This document shows positions 10,821 through 21,331 of a stretch of DNA of 64,000 bases, one piece after another; within the stretch, counting starts at the first letter, position 1, and the number at the start of each line of letters is the position of its first letter. Origin of the DNA: a virus; the IMG/VR virus record IMGVR_UViG_3300031949_000005, positions 32,001 to 96,000 of that record, one strand, 5' to 3'. A program made the position numbers and the translations under genes. The notes under the pieces were generated by a model that searched no databases, had not been told where the DNA came from, and worked only from the letters and a program-made list of their open reading frames with translations.

Positions 10821-10997
10821 CTGGACCCTCTTCTTGGATATGATCAAATTGTGGTTCGACAAAATTATTATGGGCATCACACAAATGATCAAAATCTCCG
10901 TTATTAAACTTTTCTTCGGCTTCGTTTTCATTATTTGCTTCAACCAAAAAATCACCTGTTATATTTGAAAACCAAAATATTCTGTAAGCTTTCATTT

Positions 10998-11987
10998 TTA
11001 TATCCTTATGAATTCACAATTCTGTTTGAAATCATTTATATTATTGAATCCGGAGTAAGAAATTCCTGAACGCAAAGCACCGGCATATCTTTTTAATAAA
11101 GCTTCTAATGGTTCTCCTATTGGTAATAAAACTGTTCTTCCCTCCGGGCAATCATTGTGAACTTTACCCCTATATTTCTCTTGCACGGCCTTACTACTCA
11201 TACCTTGATAAATTTTCTTTTCTACTCCATTTATTTCAACGATTTCTGCTGCGCTTTCTGGACACCTAGCGAACACTGATCCACACATAGCGCTAGACGC
11301 ACCCGCCCCTATGGCTTTGACGAAATCTGAAGGTTCTTTAATATTACCATCTGATATTAATGGTATATTCATACCTTGATTTTTAAAATCAAATATTGCA
11401 CTCCATTGGTTTTTTGTGCAACCGGCGGTCAATGCAGTCGAACAACCTAATCCACCTCCTATGCCGACCTTAATCGCATCCGGCCATATATTTTTACTTG
11501 CCTTTTCAATATCATCTAAAATACCTGGGTTAACAACATTACCAATAATAACTTTAATATTATCATATTGGCCCTTTATTTGATAACATAGATTCAAAAC
11601 TCTATCACACCAACCATGGGCCACGTCTATATTTATTACATTAACGCCCAATGAAATTAATTTTTGCGCGAAAGAGAATTGATTTTCTGAGATACCTATT
11701 GATGCACCAATCCATTTACAACCATGATTTTTAACCTTTATTATTTCCTCAAATATATATTTATCTGTTCCCGCTCGATGCATTACGCCAAACGCACCGA
11801 TGTCCCAAAGCTTATTAATAAAATCGGCATTAACTACTGTTGACATGTTGCTGGCAATAATCGGTATGGGTCTTATGACACCTTTTATAATTTCTGATTC
11901 TATATTTATTTCCGATCTGGAATTAACTATACATTTTCGTTGTAAAATTGCAATATCTTGAAATCCTAAAGATTTTTCTAAATTCAT
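10998..11987 (-). CDS. IMP dehydrogenase/GMP reductase family protein (no CBS domain)
   Basis: PIIASNM, IDVAHG, KVGIGGGLGCST (catalytic Cys loop), SDG.I, YQGMSS, PEG, LRSGISY. Confidence 0.9.
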   Translation of the reverse strand: MNLEKSLGFQDIAILQRKCIVNSRSEINIESEIIKGVIRPIPIIASNMSTVVNADFINKLWDIGAFGVMHRAGTDKYIFEEIIKVKNHGCKWIGASIGISENQFSFAQKLISLGVNVINIDVAHGWCDRVLNLCYQIKGQYDNIKVIIGNVVNPGILDDIEKASKNIWPDAIKVGIGGGLGCSTALTAGCTKNQWSAIFDFKNQGMNIPLISDGNIKEPSDFVKAIGAGASSAMCGSVFARCPESAAEIVEINGVEKKIYQGMSSKAVQEKYRGKVHNDCPEGRTVLLPIGEPLEALLKRYAGALRSGISYSGFNNINDFKQNCEFIRI

Positions 11988-12595
11988 TTTTTTATTTCTC
12001 TAATTGGTGTATTTAATATCTTTTCTATAGACCAATTTAATTTTATTCGTCTCCAAAATGTTTGAAGATGAATTCCATATTCTCTTGCCCAAAATGATAC
12101 GCACTGGGTGCGATTGTGGAATGTAAATAATTTATTATTTCTTTTATTACTTACTTGTTGCTCTATTGTCGCCCATCGACAATTCTTTTTACAATAATTT
12201 CCATTATTATTTATTCTATCGAGAGATTTCTCTTTGGGTTTTTCTCCCATATCTTTAAGGAAATTTTCAAATTTTAACCATCTTTGACATACTTTAATGC
12301 CACGACCACCGTAATAGTTATATTGATTATTATTTTTATTTTTACATCTTTGAATCATGCTGGCCCATATACCATATACACTAGACATACCATTGTTTTT
12401 ACAATGACCGTGTTTAATGCGTAAACACCCGCATCCAATTTTCCCACCATTGTTCAAATTATTACTTCTTATTATTTTTGTCTTTCCACATTTACATTTA
12501 CATAAATATTGCATATGTCCATCTGAACATTTTTTTGTTGGTTTAATAACAGTGAGATAACCATATATTTTTCCTATTCTTTTATCTTTTTGCAT
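11984..12595 (-). CDS. HNH homing endonuclease
   Basis: CKCKCG, YYGGRGIKVCQRW, SLDRINNNGNYCKKNCRWAT. Confidence 0.85.
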   Translation of the reverse strand: MQKDKRIGKIYGYLTVIKPTKKCSDGHMQYLCKCKCGKTKIIRSNNLNNGGKIGCGCLRIKHGHCKNNGMSSVYGIWASMIQRCKNKNNNQYNYYGGRGIKVCQRWLKFENFLKDMGEKPKEKSLDRINNNGNYCKKNCRWATIEQQVSNKRNNKLFTFHNRTQCVSFWAREYGIHLQTFWRRIKLNWSIEKILNTPIREIKK

Positions 12596-12596
12596 A

Positions 12597-13025
12597 TTAT
12601 CTTATATCTTGAATTATTATTCTTTGGTTGCCATTATTTAATTTTTCTCTTTTTATTGTTCTACCTTTTTTCCCTTGTCTATTTTTTATAACATAATAAC
12701 AATAATTTTGTTTGAGTTGCCCTACCCACGATTCACTGTAGTAGGATCTATCGTATTCTGATATTATAGCAACGAATTCACCATTTTCATTACGAACAAA
12801 TCCAATATCATTAGAGGCGCTTCCAACGTTTTGTCTACGTATAATTATATTAGCCTTTTCTTTTCTTTTATCTCCTTGATATCCTATCATGTTTTGAGGT
12901 ACTTCATGAATCTCTATATCTTGTAATGTAAAAAATCTACCATTTGCATTTTTACATTCTAGTAGTGCCTTTATTAATGCTTCTTGGTCTTTGAATTTTG
13001 TCTGGACGCTACAATATAAACTCAT
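12597..13025 (-). CDS. DUF1257 (Ycf35-like) protein
   Basis: MS....QT.FKD..AL..AL, GYQGD.R, SNDIGF, IISEYD, LKQ.Y. Confidence 0.8.
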   Translation of the reverse strand: MSLYCSVQTKFKDQEALIKALLECKNANGRFFTLQDIEIHEVPQNMIGYQGDKRKEKANIIIRRQNVGSASNDIGFVRNENGEFVAIISEYDRSYYSESWVGQLKQNYCYYVIKNRQGKKGRTIKREKLNNGNQRIIIQDIR

Positions 13026-13307
13026 TAAAGAATCTCCGTTCTTTCTACGGTCAATGATAATGGTTGTACTAATGTACCCAGATTTGTACCAAGTTCTTCG
13101 CCATTTAATAGATTAACAAATCTAATAGGGAAGTACAACTTACATTCTTCGATACAAAATCCTCCATTTGTTCTAATACATACAGAATAATGGTTTCTAT
13201 AATTATTATTAGGCCAATATTTAAAACATTCTCCTATAGATATATCTTCTATTTTTATTAAATTTCCTTCATTGGGCACATTAATTTTCATTTTATCTCC
13301 TATTGTT

Positions 13308-13658
13308 TTAACGTTCTATTAAACTATTAAACATATCTTTTGGTTTTGGAACATCTTTGTCTGTATATTTATCGAATCTAACCATTAAACCAATAATTCG
13401 ACCTTCTTTATTCTTTTTTATATAAACCGGGTAACATCCATCTCCATATCCAGACGATACAACAAAACCAAGTCCAGGATGACCTAATTTGTAATCTAAT
13501 TGTTTACATGTTGGATAGTCCTCTCCGAGTAATTCGCAAAATTCTTTCCATGTTTTTGCCGGATGAGAATTACAATCTGGGGTTGCATAGTAACATGGGT
13601 CGCCGACCATTACTATGCCAGCATCGACACCTATTTCTCCAACCTTTTGCCATTTCAT
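13308..13658 (-). CDS. DUF4241-like protein
   Basis: IGVDAG....DP and SSGYGDGCYPVY. Confidence 0.65.
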   Translation of the reverse strand: MKWQKVGEIGVDAGIVMVGDPCYYATPDCNSHPAKTWKEFCELLGEDYPTCKQLDYKLGHPGLGFVVSSGYGDGCYPVYIKKNKEGRIIGLMVRFDKYTDKDVPKPKDMFNSLIER

Positions 13659-13904
13659 TTATTTTCCTTCCAACATTCTTAAGAAATTTTCTAAAGTTAT
13701 ATTAACCGCTATATGATCTTGATCTCCACTATGATTAAATCGAATTAATGTTCTGTTGCGTAATGTATGAGACATATCAAAATAAGGAGTACGTTCAATA
13801 TATGTGACATTGCGCATATTTATTATTTTATCGTCAATAATTATATATCTAACATAAGCTGCATTAGCCGTAGCCGCACGGGTTTCTTTTTGTTCGTACA
13901 TATT

Positions 13905-14306
13905 TTATTCCTCTATAAACCATTTCGGTACTGGACCACTTTTTATTATATCCAATACGGCTTCTATTCTTTGATTTTTCTTTCTGTCCAAACCCGCATA
14001 AATAATTCCCATATCATCTATCTCATCTCCTTTATATAATATAGTACCAATAAGAAAACTTCCTATTGGATTTATTATTTCTTTACAGATATATTCGAGC
14101 CACTCAACGTAATTATAAAATTTTTCACCTTCGTTCCATTCTAATATACTGCCGTCTGAACCCACTACCCAGTTGCAATAATATCCTGGCATACCACTTT
14201 TAAGGTCGTGTCTTTCTACTGATAGTTTATCTAATTTTTCAATAGCGCTTTTAGACAAAGGTGGTTTTATTTGAAATCGACCGTAGAAGTCCGTGTTATA
14301 TCCCAT
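13905..14306 (-). CDS. Conserved phage hypothetical protein
   Basis: MGY.TDF.G.F, PG..C.W, WNEGEKFYNYVEWL. Confidence 0.6.
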   Translation of the reverse strand: MGYNTDFYGRFQIKPPLSKSAIEKLDKLSVERHDLKSGMPGYYCNWVVGSDGSILEWNEGEKFYNYVEWLEYICKEIINPIGSFLIGTILYKGDEIDDMGIIYAGLDRKKNQRIEAVLDIIKSGPVPKWFIEE

Positions 14307-14318
14307 GATTTTCCTTTC

Positions 14319-15299
14319 TTATATAGTAATCCTTCTTTTCAAGCTATTAATAAATTGACTTTCATTATTTAAATCACTCGCAGCTTTTTCACGGATTGAT
14401 TTTAGAGAATTCGTTACGCTGCTAGCCATATTTGAATTATCAAAATCTTTCACCGCGATTCCAATTGGAAGGAATTGATCCTTAAATTCTGATAACATCT
14501 TCTCAATTTCGTTATCTTCGAATATATTCATTTGCTTAAATTTATTGACATATTTACCGAAATAAGCTAACGATCTAGCCGTTAATTTTTTAGCTTCCGT
14601 TTCATCTCCATACGGACGATTATTTACTCGTGCGCTCATTAGTTCGCAAAATCTTATTGTTTCCGTTCTCATAGAAGAAACGTATTCTTGCACGAAGCTT
14701 TCTACTTCACTTGTTAATTGTTTTCTTAATTCGGTATTTTTAATTTGTTTCTTTTCATCTTCTTCTACTATTTTCATTATATTAGTTTCTTGAATCGAAT
14801 CTATACCAGCTACTTTAAAAATATGCCAGGAGAATCTGAAATTTGATCTTAGTAATCCTGGTGTTCGCGGATAATGATTTTTTAAACAACGATCCCAGAA
14901 TTCAGGATGTGCTTTTTGTACTTCTTTTTTCATATCCTCGAACCTAGCAATGAATGAATCGACCTTCCCAAAGAATTCTTTTTTAATTTCTGTCAAAAAT
15001 TGGTCTACGTTTGGTAACATTTTCATAGGAACAAAGTGTGCTGAAGCCATCCCAAATGGAACCGAATAGCTCGCCAGATAGGCTCTAGCCCTTTGTTCAA
15101 GTTGGCTTATAATTTTAAGCTCTGACTTTGGCACCAAGAGCTTACGGCCTAAATTACATAAATCATTTGGTAATTCATCCGGATTCAAACCGACAAGTTT
15201 AAAATCTTCTCTAGTTAACATTTTGCGACCCGACCAACAACTTATAGAGAGATTAACAAGAGCGCCTACATCGAAAAGATTAATTGTTTTGTCGTTCAT
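14319..15299 (-). CDS. DUF3150-like protein
   Basis: V.L.IS.WSG.K.L..ED..L....LP.....LG.K.L.P N-terminus. Confidence 0.7.
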   Translation of the reverse strand: MNDKTINLFDVGALVNLSISCWSGRKMLTREDFKLVGLNPDELPNDLCNLGRKLLVPKSELKIISQLEQRARAYLASYSVPFGMASAHFVPMKMLPNVDQFLTEIKKEFFGKVDSFIARFEDMKKEVQKAHPEFWDRCLKNHYPRTPGLLRSNFRFSWHIFKVAGIDSIQETNIMKIVEEDEKKQIKNTELRKQLTSEVESFVQEYVSSMRTETIRFCELMSARVNNRPYGDETEAKKLTARSLAYFGKYVNKFKQMNIFEDNEIEKMLSEFKDQFLPIGIAVKDFDNSNMASSVTNSLKSIREKAASDLNNESQFINSLKRRITI

Positions 15300-15549
15300 T
15301 TAGATTTATCCTATCAAAAAGCGAATTAAATATTACAAATAAACCTATCAATGCCATCACAAAAGTTGGTGCAAAAATAAATATACACCAGATAAGTATT
15401 ATTTTAAATTGGGTTAATTCTGAATATTGTAACATAATATCCTTATGATAATCAAAAGGAAATGGATATATTATAAATAATATCACGTATATAAATAAAG
15501 TTATTATACAACTTTTATCTAACAGATCTAAATTTTTAAAAGTTTTCAT

Positions 15550-17091
15550 TTATTTCTCCATTCTAACAGACCTTTTATTTACGGGGACTTTAATCTCTGT
15601 TTGATTCGCCTTTTTTGCTCTTACATCAATCCATTGTTGGATTATTTTAATTCTTTCTGGCTCCGCTTTGGACAAAGGCAGAATTCCATCTACCGCTGTT
15701 AATAGATGATTATTATCCAATTCTTGTGATTGGGCAAAAGCTATTTTTAATCCTAATTTGACAGCTTGCTCTATATCGGCTCCTGTAAATCCTTGGCTAG
15801 CCTTCACCAATTCGTTTAATTTGTATTTCTTAATATCTCTATTTCTTTTCTTTATATGTATTTCCCATATTTGCAACCTTTCTTGTTCATTTGGTAAATC
15901 TAGACCAAAAATTTCATCTAACCTTCCTTTACGACAAAATTCTGGAGGTAAATTTTCCACATTATTTGCTGTGCATACAAAATAAACAGGAGATGTTCTG
16001 TCATTCATCCATGATAGCATCGTTCCTAATACTCTCGCAGATGTACCGCCATCTAAATCTCCTTTAGTAGAAAATCCCTTCTCTATTTCGTCTAGCTGTA
16101 AAACGCATGGAGCTATACTTTCTATAATTTTTATAGCTTCACGAATATTAGCCTCTGAGTCTCCCACGTATTTAGACATTAAACTTCCAACGTCCATAGA
16201 TATTAACGGCATTTCAAATTCAGAAGCTATCGCTAGACTAAGGGCTGTTTTACCTGTTCCTGGAACACCTGCCAACATAATGCCTTTTGGAAAATCTATA
16301 CCGAAATCTTTTGCTTCTTTGGAGAAGCATGGTTTATCTAATTTGATATAATTTTTAACTGGTTCATATCCCCCTATGAGTGATAAACCGCCTGGCGGTG
16401 ATTCAATATATCTTAACAAGCCAGACGATTTGAGAATATTCGCCTTTTCATTTATTATAGTTTTCACTGCATCGTGATCTAATTTCTTATGTTTAGTAAT
16501 AGATAAAGCCACTTTATCTACTATTTGTTGACAAGTCATACCACGACAAGCGCTCACAACTAATGGTAAAATTGATTCGTCTAGAGTAAATTTATCTTTA
16601 TCCACTCCCTCGCAAACGAATCGAATATGATTTTCTATATCTTCGTCAGGAAGAGGAAAATCAATTTCAGTTACATCATATTTAAGAGAATCTGGCAACT
16701 TAGCGCATCCGTCTATAATTATTAGTATATTTTTTGAAGCCGACAAGTTTTCCTTTATTTCATGCATCCACGAAATTATTACATCGGCTGATGTATATTT
16801 TTCTATGTCTAAATAATGGCCAAATTCTTCAAGAACTATAATATTGTTCTCGTCTAGGCCAGATATATATTGTATAGCAGCCTCTGGAGTTTGTTCTATT
16901 TGCTCTCCTATAGGTTTACCGTCTATGGATTTCCATCCGGCTGCAATAGACCAAGATTGGATTTGTGAATTAATTTTTTCTGCGATTTTTGATATTTGGG
17001 ATATACATCTTTTAATTTCATGCGTTCTGATTAATAAAATAGCATGACCGCTTAGTATATAATCTGTTATATTGTCTTTAAAAGAGTTCAT
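15550..17091 (-). CDS. Ycf46-like AAA+ ATPase (degenerate N-terminal plus active C-terminal AAA module)
   Basis: GVPGTGKT (Walker A), LDEIEKG (Walker B), TANN, RKGRLDE arginine finger. Confidence 0.9.
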   Translation of the reverse strand: MNSFKDNITDYILSGHAILLIRTHEIKRCISQISKIAEKINSQIQSWSIAAGWKSIDGKPIGEQIEQTPEAAIQYISGLDENNIIVLEEFGHYLDIEKYTSADVIISWMHEIKENLSASKNILIIIDGCAKLPDSLKYDVTEIDFPLPDEDIENHIRFVCEGVDKDKFTLDESILPLVVSACRGMTCQQIVDKVALSITKHKKLDHDAVKTIINEKANILKSSGLLRYIESPPGGLSLIGGYEPVKNYIKLDKPCFSKEAKDFGIDFPKGIMLAGVPGTGKTALSLAIASEFEMPLISMDVGSLMSKYVGDSEANIREAIKIIESIAPCVLQLDEIEKGFSTKGDLDGGTSARVLGTMLSWMNDRTSPVYFVCTANNVENLPPEFCRKGRLDEIFGLDLPNEQERLQIWEIHIKKRNRDIKKYKLNELVKASQGFTGADIEQAVKLGLKIAFAQSQELDNNHLLTAVDGILPLSKAEPERIKIIQQWIDVRAKKANQTEIKVPVNKRSVRMEK

Positions 17092-17116
17092 ATATTTCCT
17101 TTATGATATTGATGAT

Positions 17117-17139
17117 GGCGGGGAGCTTTCGCCCCCGTT
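17117..17139. other. Intergenic GC-rich hairpin with GAAA tetraloop (minus-strand RNA)
   Basis: AACGGGGGC-GAAA-GCTCCCCGCC upstream of the AAA gene; no U-tract on the sense strand. Confidence 0.5.
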
Positions 17140-17564
17140 TGGGCTACTGCTGAATTGCTTCTTCTTTTTTCCCAGCGTACAGCTTATCTCCGCATTCACC
17201 AAGGACAAATCCGAGTTTTCTTAGAATAGAACTACCTTTAATGTTTCCAGGGGTTCTTTTTAAGAGATTCGCTAAACCACCCAATATACCTTTGTTTAAA
17301 TTTACCACAACTAGACCTCTTTCTTCATCCAATTCAAATGTAAATGCTTGGTTCTTTGGTTCTTCCATAAACTTCCTTTCGTAAAATGTTAAACAACTTA
17401 TCAAACACTATTATGAGTTAGTTACTCTTATAGACTCTATTAACATATCAATATGTTCTTTTATATCTATTAGTGAATTCAAAGTTTCTTCTATAGAAAC
17501 AGTCGCGTCGCCGAACAAAGTGTCTACACAATTCTTGGTTTTTGTTTTTAATAATTCATGGCTT

Positions 17565-17918
17565 TTATTCATCTGTTCTCCATACTCCTGTATTATACAA
17601 TTTGTTATCATCCATCAATATTAACACAATGGGATTTTTGACGGAAAATTGCGTAGCCGTTATATCTACTATACATTTTCTATTTTCATATAAATTCACA
17701 AGAATAAAATAATGATATTTATTGAGTTTAATACTACATTTGATACCATTCTTAGTTAATTCGGAATAGAGATTTTGCGATGCTATTCCACACATACCCG
17801 ACAAATCTGCGTCCCAGAAATTAGTATTTTTATCCCTGAGATCCTCTATGTCTATTCTACATTTTAATGCTATTCTTTTTATCTTCTCGATAAGAGCTTT
17901 ATTTTTAGAAGATATCAT
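17565..17918 (-). CDS. Putative transglutaminase/papain-like (Cys-His-Asp) protein
   Basis: GMCGIAS...HYFI...VDITATQF; paralogue at 31852..32298. Confidence 0.5.
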   Translation of the reverse strand: MISSKNKALIEKIKRIALKCRIDIEDLRDKNTNFWDADLSGMCGIASQNLYSELTKNGIKCSIKLNKYHYFILVNLYENRKCIVDITATQFSVKNPIVLILMDDNKLYNTGVWRTDE

Positions 17919-18646
17919 TATTCCACCAGTCTGTTATTCCTTAATCCTAAAACGATAAATATTATACCCATCAATCCTAGTGATAGTGAGGAAACTGTTG
18001 GTATAGGATTTATTTTTTCTGCCGTAAATAACCAATCTGACGAATTGGTATGTGATTCTCTTCCATTATGAGTTAGCCAACCATGCCCCGAAAACCCATT
18101 AAATCCACGATAACCTTTATCATCATCTTCGTTACCAAATCTGAAAGAAAACGGATTATCACCATTAAAATCAACTAAATCGTAACTATCATTTAATCGA
18201 CTTCCCTCGAATGTTCTTGTTATACTACCGTTGTTCCCAGGATTTTCAGATGAAATTATATCATCATCACCAAGAGCATAACCTACATTATAATTGTATG
18301 TAAAATCAACATCCCACCAACCCACAAAATAATCCCTTCCTTTTGGCCCCTCGTATAAATCAGTATTACTTGGTCTATTTAACCCACCATAAACAGTTCC
18401 GAAAATATGAACGATATTAGTATCACTATTAAAATCAAGGAACATGGCCGCGTCACGAGCTTCGCCGTCAAAATCGAAATCAAAAGTGAATACACGACTA
18501 CTATTTCCGTCTAGCCCATCGAGTATTAATCCGTAGGGAGGTGGTGTTTGTTGGCCATCTGGATGATTATGTAATCTATAAAGGCCATCTGTAATATTTC
18601 CTAACGCGACACTGTTCATAAAAAAGATTAAAGCATACTTTTTCAT
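17918..18646 (-). CDS. Secreted protein with PEP-CTERM-like sorting tail
   Basis: N-terminal signal-like MKKYALIFF; C-terminal IPT + hydrophobic helix + LRNNR. Confidence 0.65.
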   Translation of the reverse strand: MKKYALIFFMNSVALGNITDGLYRLHNHPDGQQTPPPYGLILDGLDGNSSRVFTFDFDFDGEARDAAMFLDFNSDTNIVHIFGTVYGGLNRPSNTDLYEGPKGRDYFVGWWDVDFTYNYNVGYALGDDDIISSENPGNNGSITRTFEGSRLNDSYDLVDFNGDNPFSFRFGNEDDDKGYRGFNGFSGHGWLTHNGRESHTNSSDWLFTAEKINPIPTVSSLSLGLMGIIFIVLGLRNNRLVE

Positions 18647-18658
18647 TTTTCCCCTTTC

Positions 18659-19741
18659 TTATTGTTTCCAAAGATTCCAATAATGCATTTTAATTTTAAT
18701 CAATAATTTGTTTATTTTTTCTATATTTGGATATTTTGGTAGATTTGATTTTTCATATAATTCTTCTAAATATTTATCCATTTTTTCTGCGTAGTCTACC
18801 AGGTAGCCATAAGTATATAAGCCATTTCTAATATTTTTTAATTCTTCTGCATCTGGTCTACGGACTATAACTTTTCCTTCGGTTAATATTTCTTCGCCCA
18901 TCCTTAGAAGGCGGACTAGATGGCAGGCATGTTTCGTGTCATAGTTGAATTTTTCCTCTAACGCTGCACGATCAGGATTTCTATTATTTTTCCAATTCCA
19001 ATATTGATTCCATAATTTATTTGCTTCTTTGAATTTATCTACTTGACAAAAAAGAATTCCAACCAATTGTTTACTCATGTTGATACCGTAACGATTTTCT
19101 GGATCTTCATCTAGATATTTAAGATTATTACCATCGTTAGCTATAATCCCTTGACCATTTCTATATGAATAAAATAATTTGAAAGAATTCCCTCCAAATA
19201 ATTTGACTAAGAAAAAATCATTATTATTATACTGATTTAAGTTTTGTTTCATAAAATCATTGCTAAGTGGAAAATATATACTGCAAAATTGATCAATAGT
19301 TGGTGGTTTTTTTGGCTGAGGATTCATTATCCACTTATTATGTCCTTTTATGCGTTTTAATTGAGCCATAGCATAGCCAGAGAAAGTAAATCTAGCTTTT
19401 TTGGAAAGAAAAAGATGTGCATTTTCTCGTAGAAGTTCAAATGGTTTTGTTATACGTAAAATATTACAATCATCGTTAAAAAGTAATTCTATAATATTTG
19501 GATTACATTCAACACAAAGTTTAATAAATTTATCTATCTCATAATATGTCGCATCTCCATCATCGGACTTAAATAATACCTGTTCTATTTTATTAAAACA
19601 TCCTAAATGATATTCTGGAGGCGCTATAAAAATACCTTGAATATCAGTATCGCTTTGTGGTGTTTCTATCCCATAAGCGCGTGATCCAGTAATACATTTA
19701 AATATTAAATTATTTTCAGCTAATTCTCTTTCGTTTGCCAT
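18659..19741 (-). CDS. Pol-beta nucleotidyltransferase (RlaP/NrdC.11-like)
   Basis: ITGSRAYG...SDTDIQGIF, NPNIIELL, YDTKHACHLVRL. Confidence 0.85.
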   Translation of the reverse strand: MANERELAENNLIFKCITGSRAYGIETPQSDTDIQGIFIAPPEYHLGCFNKIEQVLFKSDDGDATYYEIDKFIKLCVECNPNIIELLFNDDCNILRITKPFELLRENAHLFLSKKARFTFSGYAMAQLKRIKGHNKWIMNPQPKKPPTIDQFCSIYFPLSNDFMKQNLNQYNNNDFFLVKLFGGNSFKLFYSYRNGQGIIANDGNNLKYLDEDPENRYGINMSKQLVGILFCQVDKFKEANKLWNQYWNWKNNRNPDRAALEEKFNYDTKHACHLVRLLRMGEEILTEGKVIVRRPDAEELKNIRNGLYTYGYLVDYAEKMDKYLEELYEKSNLPKYPNIEKINKLLIKIKMHYWNLWKQ

Positions 19742-19743
19742 AA

Positions 19744-20415
19744 TTACGATCCCATTGCCGACATTTCATTGGTAAGTATATTTATAGATATTTCAAAATC
19801 AAGCGGAATTCCGCGAAGCCATTTCGTTAACTGACTTATCATTAGCCCAGCCATCATATTAGAATTATAAATTGTACTCTTTGCAGTGCATGAACCCCTA
19901 AATGCTTCTTCTGGCGGAAAAATCTTTGTTAGATATTTTTCTCTCGACTGGTCGTCAAATGTACTATAAATTCTTCCGGATTCCGCCGCCATCCTGCCAT
20001 CAATAAATAGTTGACATCGTTTTCCTACTGAATTAAAAATTTGCTTACGAGTTTCTATTGAATCTACACAACAAAATATAACAGAAGTATCTATAAATTC
20101 ACTGTTTTTAAATTTCTTATTATTCTTAATGATCTTAACAGAACTATTGATTTTAGAACAAAAATCTGCTACCGCATTTACTTTGGATTTTCCCATATCG
20201 CTTTCTAGAAAACCTTGTGGCGCTAGATTTTCTTCTTCTACGCTATCGAAATCAGTTAGATGAATAATAGGAACACCAATAGCTGCTGCTTGTATTGCTA
20301 CCTGTCTACCTATAGCACCTACTCCTATGATACTAATATCTACTAACTTAATCTTATCCCCTGGCACTAAATCTGATTGTCTTACGAATCTTTTTTCAAA
20401 CATTTCATACTCCAA
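19744..20415 (-). CDS. ThiF/E1-like ubiquitin-activating enzyme
   Basis: RFVRQ, GVGAIG, DFDSVEEENL..Q, CCVDS, IDGRM, candidate catalytic Cys in GSCTAKS. Confidence 0.9.
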   Translation of the reverse strand: MEYEMFEKRFVRQSDLVPGDKIKLVDISIIGVGAIGRQVAIQAAAIGVPIIHLTDFDSVEEENLAPQGFLESDMGKSKVNAVADFCSKINSSVKIIKNNKKFKNSEFIDTSVIFCCVDSIETRKQIFNSVGKRCQLFIDGRMAAESGRIYSTFDDQSREKYLTKIFPPEEAFRGSCTAKSTIYNSNMMAGLMISQLTKWLRGIPLDFEISINILTNEMSAMGS

Positions 20416-21325
20416 TTAAAGACACTGGTTCGTTCTTCTCTATCCATTTATGGATACGTTCTATTATTTCTCCATTAGTATTAGTACAGTCATCTTCTGT
20501 ATCATCATTAATTAAGGTTTGATTTTCGACATCAAATTTATACATGATTCCCAACTCATCGTTCTCGCCATTGTTTTCCCAACAATATATATATTTCCCA
20601 CTACTTGAAGCATATATATCCCCATCATCATCTTCGTCGTCGTTTAGATCATTGATAATATCATCATATCGTTTATTTATGTTTTCTTCCGTATAGCCAC
20701 TTTTCGTGTAATCAAGTATTTCGCCAGTATTTTCGTCAAACCATACAGACGAACCTTTACTGTTCTTATTATTAATTATTATTATTGGCTTGGTTTTTGT
20801 CACCTTGTCTTTATATTCTTTATCCCATTCTTGGTGATTGCTTCCAACAAACGGAATAGAATAATCTACACAATAATCTAATAGAACCTCTGTACCTGGT
20901 CCAACGTTATATCGTAGCCTAGCATAAGTATCACCTTGTTTGGCTAATATAAAAAATATCGCCCAATGTGGATGACTAAAAGCTTTGTCGAAATTTTGTT
21001 CATCTGTACCACTTGGCTTGGCACAATTACCGGGATGGGTATGCCAAAATATATTCTGATGCATCCATGGACTTAATCCCTTATCTGTCATTTTTTCCAT
21101 AAAATCCGCCATATCTTGTTTATCAAAGTCTATGGTACATGGCGTACATTCTTGTTTTATTAAACATATATCTGTGACAAGTAACGGATCTTCGGTTTCG
21201 CATATTCCATAACCGCCAACTTCTGTTGGACCAATATCTCGAAAATACAACATTTTCGCCCATGAGTGGGGCGTAAATCTTAAAACACTATCTCTTGTTA
21301 ATTTCGGTTTAATAAATCCCATCAT
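20405..21325 (-). CDS. JAB/JAMM metalloprotease with acidic C-terminal tail
   Basis: EVGGYG and HTHPGNCAKPSGTD, an exact HxHx7Sx2D motif. Confidence 0.9.
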   Translation of the reverse strand: MMGFIKPKLTRDSVLRFTPHSWAKMLYFRDIGPTEVGGYGICETEDPLLVTDICLIKQECTPCTIDFDKQDMADFMEKMTDKGLSPWMHQNIFWHTHPGNCAKPSGTDEQNFDKAFSHPHWAIFFILAKQGDTYARLRYNVGPGTEVLLDYCVDYSIPFVGSNHQEWDKEYKDKVTKTKPIIIINNKNSKGSSVWFDENTGEILDYTKSGYTEENINKRYDDIINDLNDDEDDDGDIYASSSGKYIYCWENNGENDELGIMYKFDVENQTLINDDTEDDCTNTNGEIIERIHKWIEKNEPVSLIGV

Positions 21326-21331
21326 TTTCTC

